Assembly (NCBI GenBank): GCA_037129895.1
Contig: JBAXUB010000005.1
Span: 597 to 64,596 of the forward strand
Length of the DNA stretch: 64,000 nucleotides
Reading direction: 5' to 3'
Source: Candidatus Tayloriibacteriota bacterium
Lineage (GTDB): Bacteria; Patescibacteriota; Minisyncoccia; Phycocordibacterales; PALSA-1337
Both the position numbers and the translations under genes were made by a program. This document shows, piece by piece, positions 59,669 through 64,000 of the stretch (within the stretch, counting starts at the first letter, position 1; the number at the start of each line of letters is the position of its first letter). The notes beneath the pieces were generated by a model. That model was not told the origin of the DNA, made no database searches, and was given only the letters and a program-made list of their open reading frames with translations.

Positions 59669-60583
59669 ATGAAAACAATTAGGATTTTTCTTCTAGTTTT
59701 AATTATTATCGGAATAGTTGCGTTGTCTACTTACAAAATTTGGGTGCCGAAGTTGGTCAACCACATTCTTCGGTCTGAGGGCATATCGGTCGTGAATGAT
59801 GAAAGTTTCTCTCCTTTAAACGCTACATATATGATTGATGGGCGACTAATTGCTCTAAAGAATGGATTATCGAGTATTTCGATTGCTAGTGGCTCAGCAT
59901 CAAAGATAACTACTCAATATTTCGGCAATGAAGTAACACATGACTTTGATGGCGATGGAAGATTGGATACGGCTTTTATTTTGACACAGAACACTGGTGG
60001 AAGTGGTACATTTTATTATGTTGTGGCGGCACTTAACAAGGTGAATGGGTATATTGGTTCGCATGGTCTACTTCTCGGTGATCGTATAGCTCCACAAACA
60101 ACAGAAATGTCACAAAACAAAAATACTCCAAATGTAATTGTTGTAAACTATGCGGACAGGAAACCGGGAGAAAGCTTTACGACACAACCATCGCAGGGGA
60201 AAAGCCTATGGCTTTTACTTGATCCAAAGATAATGCAGTTCGGTGAAGTAGCACAGAATTTTGAAGGAGAGACGGCTAACACTCTGACAGAGGCTGAAGG
60301 TCGTCTTATTGCCGAAAAATCTTGTGTCAAAGGTGGAGAAGCGTTATCGCAGGGGATATACAACGAAAATTCTAAAACTTGGTGGTACGATGCCAATCTA
60401 AATGCTACTAGACCCGGATGTAGTCCTGCCTGTGTAGTTGATGCAGTAACAAGAAAAGCTGAAATTAAATGGAGATGTACGGGCGTGAAGGAACCAGTTG
60501 CTTGCACCATGGATGCAAGACAATGCCCAAATGGTTCATATGTTGGGCGCACTGGACCTAATTGTGAATTTGTCTGTCCTTAA
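59669..60583 (+). CDS. Secreted hypothetical protein with a Cys-rich C-terminus (304 aa)
   Basis: It has an N-terminal TM/signal segment and eight Cys in the last ~90 aa. Confidence 0.4.
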   Translation: MKTIRIFLLVLIIIGIVALSTYKIWVPKLVNHILRSEGISVVNDESFSPLNATYMIDGRLIALKNGLSSISIASGSASKITTQYFGNEVTHDFDGDGRLDTAFILTQNTGGSGTFYYVVAALNKVNGYIGSHGLLLGDRIAPQTTEMSQNKNTPNVIVVNYADRKPGESFTTQPSQGKSLWLLLDPKIMQFGEVAQNFEGETANTLTEAEGRLIAEKSCVKGGEALSQGIYNENSKTWWYDANLNATRPGCSPACVVDAVTRKAEIKWRCTGVKEPVACTMDARQCPNGSYVGRTGPNCEFVCP

Positions 60584-60945
60584 TTCCGTTCGGGTAACAC
60601 CCCAGATTGCCAGTAATTGATTCTGAGCTTGTGATATAATAAAATATATGGTTATAGACATAGAATTAACATTGAATAGGTTCGGATTAGGTAAAATTTC
60701 AGAAAATAAATTCCAGTTCCTATTTCTTAGGTTTTCTAAGTGGAAAATTACGAACAAACACTCTATTTCTTTTGAAATTAACTGGCGAACAAGTGAGGAA
60801 CACAATAAGATAATATGACAAAAATACTTGGGATGCCTTTTGTTAATATAATTAGTACGGGTGATATCATCATTTTTATTGCTATTATTGTCTTGGGTCT
60901 ATTTATAGCATCAGAGAATGATAGAAAAAAGTAAATGGTATTATT

Positions 60946-61143
60946 ATGAAAAAATCACAAATTTCTTCAAAACAAATAGCAATAATGTTTTTTGGAATCA
61001 TGATGGGCGTTTTGGGTGGACTATTTGGGTCTATTTTGGATCGGTATTTTACTCGGTACGATATGATTTATGAGATTATAGTAGCCGTTTTATTTTTTGG
61101 GATAATAGTATATTTTACAAAGATGATTAAATTATCCAAATAA
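60946..61143 (+). CDS. Small hypothetical membrane protein (65 aa)
   Basis: It is an ORF with two hydrophobic helices. A 38-aa TM ORF at 60815..60931 lies immediately upstream. Confidence 0.25.
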   Translation: MKKSQISSKQIAIMFFGIMMGVLGGLFGSILDRYFTRYDMIYEIIVAVLFFGIIVYFTKMIKLSK

Positions 61144-61193
61144 TTTGAAATGCACAATTCCGTTCGTATAACACCCCACACTCTTACCTAGTA

Positions 61194-62066
61194 CTATTTT
61201 GCTTTTAGGACCTTCTTTGTCTCAACGGGGAAGGTCTTTACAATCTTCTTCTCCGCAACTCTCTTAGTTTCTCTATTCCTTCGAGATTCTACCAACTTTA
61301 GATCCTCTTCGGGTTTTATGTGTTCAGGTTTGATGCCTCTATTTAACAGAGCCTGACGTGTTTCATTACTATTCTTCACAACCTCGGAGTTCATCGCCTC
61401 TTTACCTCGAATATCTTTTTCTTTGATGTTGTGATCAGTCATCGCTAGTGCGAAATCCTTTGCTTTGAGTTCTACATGACTATCAAAATCAGCCAGGGAT
61501 CTTTCTCTAGGAATCTTTCTGATCTTTTTGAGCTGACTTGCAGAGATGCCCCCATACAAGGCCTCGATGTGTTTGTTCTTGAATGTCGCAAATTCAACGG
61601 GATATTTTATACCCCTCTCATATACAGTAGACTCTATCTTGTTCTCGGTCTCTCGGAGTTTTGCTCGCGCATCGAGGCGTTTTGATTCCATATCTCTTTG
61701 CTCGAGTAATTCTTGCTTGCGAGTCTGTGTCGCGAAATATGTTTGTGAGAGAGCGATTTCAGGTTTTCGCGGATCACCGTTTTGGGCGATCAGGTAGCAG
61801 GCGTATCTGGTGAGGAAAATGTCTTCCTTCGGTCTACCTCCAGAGCTTTTTGTTGGCGCCGTCAAAAAGTGTCCATCTGTGGTTTGGTTGCTCGTTCTAC
61901 AGGAGTGCTTCGCTCTTTCAATAGTTTCTGCAAATTGGCGCCATGTTGAATAACCAAGCATCGGCATGAGATCACGAGCTGACCAAAATTCCATAGGGTA
62001 CTCATCTTTTGATGTGCGTTTGATCGATTCTAGGTTCTTTTGTATTGTGTCTAGTGCTTTATCCAT
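61194..62066 (-). CDS. DNA-damage-inducible protein D (DinD) family protein
   Basis: EFWSARDL, LTRYACYLIAQNGDPRKP, QTYFATQTRKQEL and ALYGG blocks are colinear with E. coli DinD. Confidence 0.7.
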   Translation of the reverse strand: MDKALDTIQKNLESIKRTSKDEYPMEFWSARDLMPMLGYSTWRQFAETIERAKHSCRTSNQTTDGHFLTAPTKSSGGRPKEDIFLTRYACYLIAQNGDPRKPEIALSQTYFATQTRKQELLEQRDMESKRLDARAKLRETENKIESTVYERGIKYPVEFATFKNKHIEALYGGISASQLKKIRKIPRERSLADFDSHVELKAKDFALAMTDHNIKEKDIRGKEAMNSEVVKNSNETRQALLNRGIKPEHIKPEEDLKLVESRRNRETKRVAEKKIVKTFPVETKKVLKAK

Positions 62067-62503
62067 ATATTTATTGATTAGTTAATAATGTTATTAGTAA
62101 ATAGACTCACCGTCAGATCCGATGAGTGAAAAATTATTGTGTTTGATTGAGGTCAGCGGAAAAACTTACAGTCTGAATAGGGGAATTGTATCAAAGGGAC
62201 GAGTTGAGTCAATATTGTGGTGGGAAATGTTTTGTTGTGGTATGTATCTCTAACCTTGTGCATCAAAGGTTTAGGGGTCAACGTCAAAGTCGCGTGCGTG
62301 TTGTAAATCACATAATTGCGTGTTAGAGTATTCTTACAAATGAAAAAGACATTCATCCAGTCAAATAACTGGCACCATAATTACCTTTTACACGAAGGGG
62401 TTCTTGGCATGTCTCAAACTAATTAATTAAACATTTTACTGAGAAACAAAAACACCCTTCGTAGTTGAGGGGTGTTTTTGTTTATATCAACTAATCAAAT
62501 ATT

Positions 62504-63637
62504 ATGAAAAAATTATCAAAGAAACAATTTGAAGAGGACTTATCAAGGCTTGTTTCGTTCAGGACACTTACTTCTGATCGTGTTCAGAATGGAAAAGCAC
62601 TTGATTTCATCGTGTCGAAGATCAATAGGAAAGCAGTCATAAGCAGGATAAATAACGATGGTGTAGAGACTCTTATAGCATCAAATGAAGATACTAGAAC
62701 TCCCGATCTGTGTTTCTTGGTACACGTCGACGTTGTAGCGGCCAAGTCAGAGCAATTTTCAATGGTAGTGAAAAAAGGGATCGCATATGGCCGTGGCGTG
62801 AGTGATATGAAGTTTTCAATCCCGATGGGCTACTGTCTCTTGAACGATATTATCGAAGATGAGTCGGATATATCATTCGCCTTTGTTGTAACAACTGATG
62901 AAGAGACGGGAGGATTCAAAGGTGCGAAGTATTTAGTAAATACATATGGTTTGAAGCCAAAGATTCTTATCGTTCCTGATGGCGGAGATGACCTTGTATT
63001 TATCAACAAGACTAAGGGTGTCTGTGCGCTGCGCATTGATTCAAAAGGTATTCCTGCACACTCATCGAGGATTTGGGATGGAAAAAATGCTTTAGAACCA
63101 TTGGTAGAGTTATGTAGTATTGTTCTTAAGCGGTATAAGAAAAATAACGCAAAAGAATCTTGGAAAACAACCGTCAATCTGGGCATGCTTCAAGGTGGTA
63201 TCTCAGCAAATCAAGTATGTCCTGAAGCTTATGCGATACTTGATTTCAGATTTCCAGAGACGACGACCTTCGAAGCTATTCGAGACGAAGTGTTGTTGAT
63301 TGCAAGAAAAATTGATCCCTCACTCAGGATATCTGTTCATTCAATCGGTAGTCCAACATCTGTAGACGTGAAGGATCAGATCGTAAAAATATTTATCGGT
63401 AGTTTTGAGAAATCAACGGGGAGGGAGATAAGGGTTCGGGGAACATATGGGGCCTCTGATGCAAGACACTTTGCTAGACTCGAAGCTCCGGTACTAATGA
63501 TAAAACCGATCGGTGGAGACATACACGGCGATAATGAAAATATAAGTATTGATTCTTGTCTTGTATTCTATTTGGCGCTACAAAACTTTTTAAGCGAACT
63601 GAAACAGGAGAAGGCGGTACTTCATCGGGCTCACTGA
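62504..63637 (+). CDS. Peptidase M20 family protein (ArgE/DapE-like deacylase)
   Basis: It has HVDVV and GRGVSDMK metal-binding motifs, TDEE, and a dimerisation domain. Confidence 0.65.
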   Translation: MKKLSKKQFEEDLSRLVSFRTLTSDRVQNGKALDFIVSKINRKAVISRINNDGVETLIASNEDTRTPDLCFLVHVDVVAAKSEQFSMVVKKGIAYGRGVSDMKFSIPMGYCLLNDIIEDESDISFAFVVTTDEETGGFKGAKYLVNTYGLKPKILIVPDGGDDLVFINKTKGVCALRIDSKGIPAHSSRIWDGKNALEPLVELCSIVLKRYKKNNAKESWKTTVNLGMLQGGISANQVCPEAYAILDFRFPETTTFEAIRDEVLLIARKIDPSLRISVHSIGSPTSVDVKDQIVKIFIGSFEKSTGREIRVRGTYGASDARHFARLEAPVLMIKPIGGDIHGDNENISIDSCLVFYLALQNFLSELKQEKAVLHRAH

Positions 63638-63736
63638 ATAAAAAACTATCCCAACTCCCGTTGGCGATAGTCTACTGCCCGCACATGGTGTGTTGGCAGT
63701 ACCTGTCGTAGTTCATTAACAAATTGAGAAATACTT

Positions 63737-64000
63737 ATGAAAGATACATCGTTAGTTCGTGTCAATATGAATACCTGCCCCTTAGAGACGTTACTTGAAT
63801 GGGCCGAGTGTTATTGTGAAATATGGAAAGAACCACCCTGGAATGAAGATTTTTGGCAACCTCAAGAGGTCATCAAAGATTTCAAAGGTTTGATGCTTAA
63901 ACCAGGCTCAGCGGCTTTTCTCGCAGTTCAAGATGGAATGATCGCAGGGTTTACTCTTGGATATTCAGTCAACCGAGAAGAACTTCGAGTTGTTGCTGGT
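63737..64000 (+). CDS. Partial CDS (N-terminal 88 codons, runs off the window), possibly a GNAT-like protein
   Basis: It is open to the window end and has an FLAVQDGMIAGFTLGY segment. Confidence 0.3.
   Translation, partial: MKDTSLVRVNMNTCPLETLLEWAECYCEIWKEPPWNEDFWQPQEVIKDFKGLMLKPGSAAFLAVQDGMIAGFTLGYSVNREELRVVAG

Noticed and set aside
62100-62500. Possible ncRNA (SRP, RNase P, tmRNA or 6S) in the 400-bp ORF-free region ending in a hairpin + T-run at ~62447-62480
   Set aside because: None of the conserved motifs (e.g. AGGAAAGTCCGGGCTCC, the SRP domain IV GGAAGCAGC motif, or the tmRNA T-arm) could be found by eye. Only the terminator-like hairpin is noted.

Overview
This 64-kb window is a low-GC (~40%) bacterial chromosomal segment with short intergenic regions. 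It encodes two paralogous giant surface proteins, a type IV pilin-like protein, and many secreted proteins carrying peptidoglycan-binding domains. Several housekeeping genes show unusual insertions or truncations. That composition suggests a Patescibacteria/CPR-like organism, but this is inference only.

Recognisable housekeeping genes are tgt, rplY, rnj, secG, prfB, ftsE, ftsX and pyrG. Also present are a GH130/phosphomannomutase/cupin mannoside cluster, an MFS transporter, an AI-2E transporter, an M20 peptidase, and homologs of DinD, LOG, GrpB and a NYN-domain protein. Two tRNAs can be folded by eye: initiator tRNA-fMet(CAT) and tRNA-Gln(CTG).

The most unusual content falls in five groups:
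1. A duplicated two-gene module occurs at both ends of the window (16-6167 and 52237-57971). Each copy pairs a giant multidomain surface protein with a small Pro-rich winged-helix protein. The second copy carries a (CA)18 tract at its 5' end, a candidate phase-variation switch.
2. A large serine recombinase gene is bounded by ~180-bp terminal inverted repeats. The element is inserted exactly at the 3' end of tRNA-Gln, next to a free-standing LAGLIDADG endonuclease gene. A second ~200-bp repeat family flanks the downstream 6-kb giant-gene module in inverted orientation.
3. A family of hairpin-ended ~175-bp intergenic repeats and GC-rich hairpins with poly-C/poly-G loops occurs in three places.
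4. A tandem pair of radical-SAM/SPASM enzymes sits with an RNHCP zinc-ribbon protein and a 51-aa Cys-containing peptide. This is a candidate peptide- or protein-maturation locus.
5. A cassette is duplicated at 6860-7460 and 11780-12620. It carries a palindromic operator, a LexA-like wHTH gene and a convergent 53-57-aa membrane protein gene.

No CRISPR array or rRNA was found.
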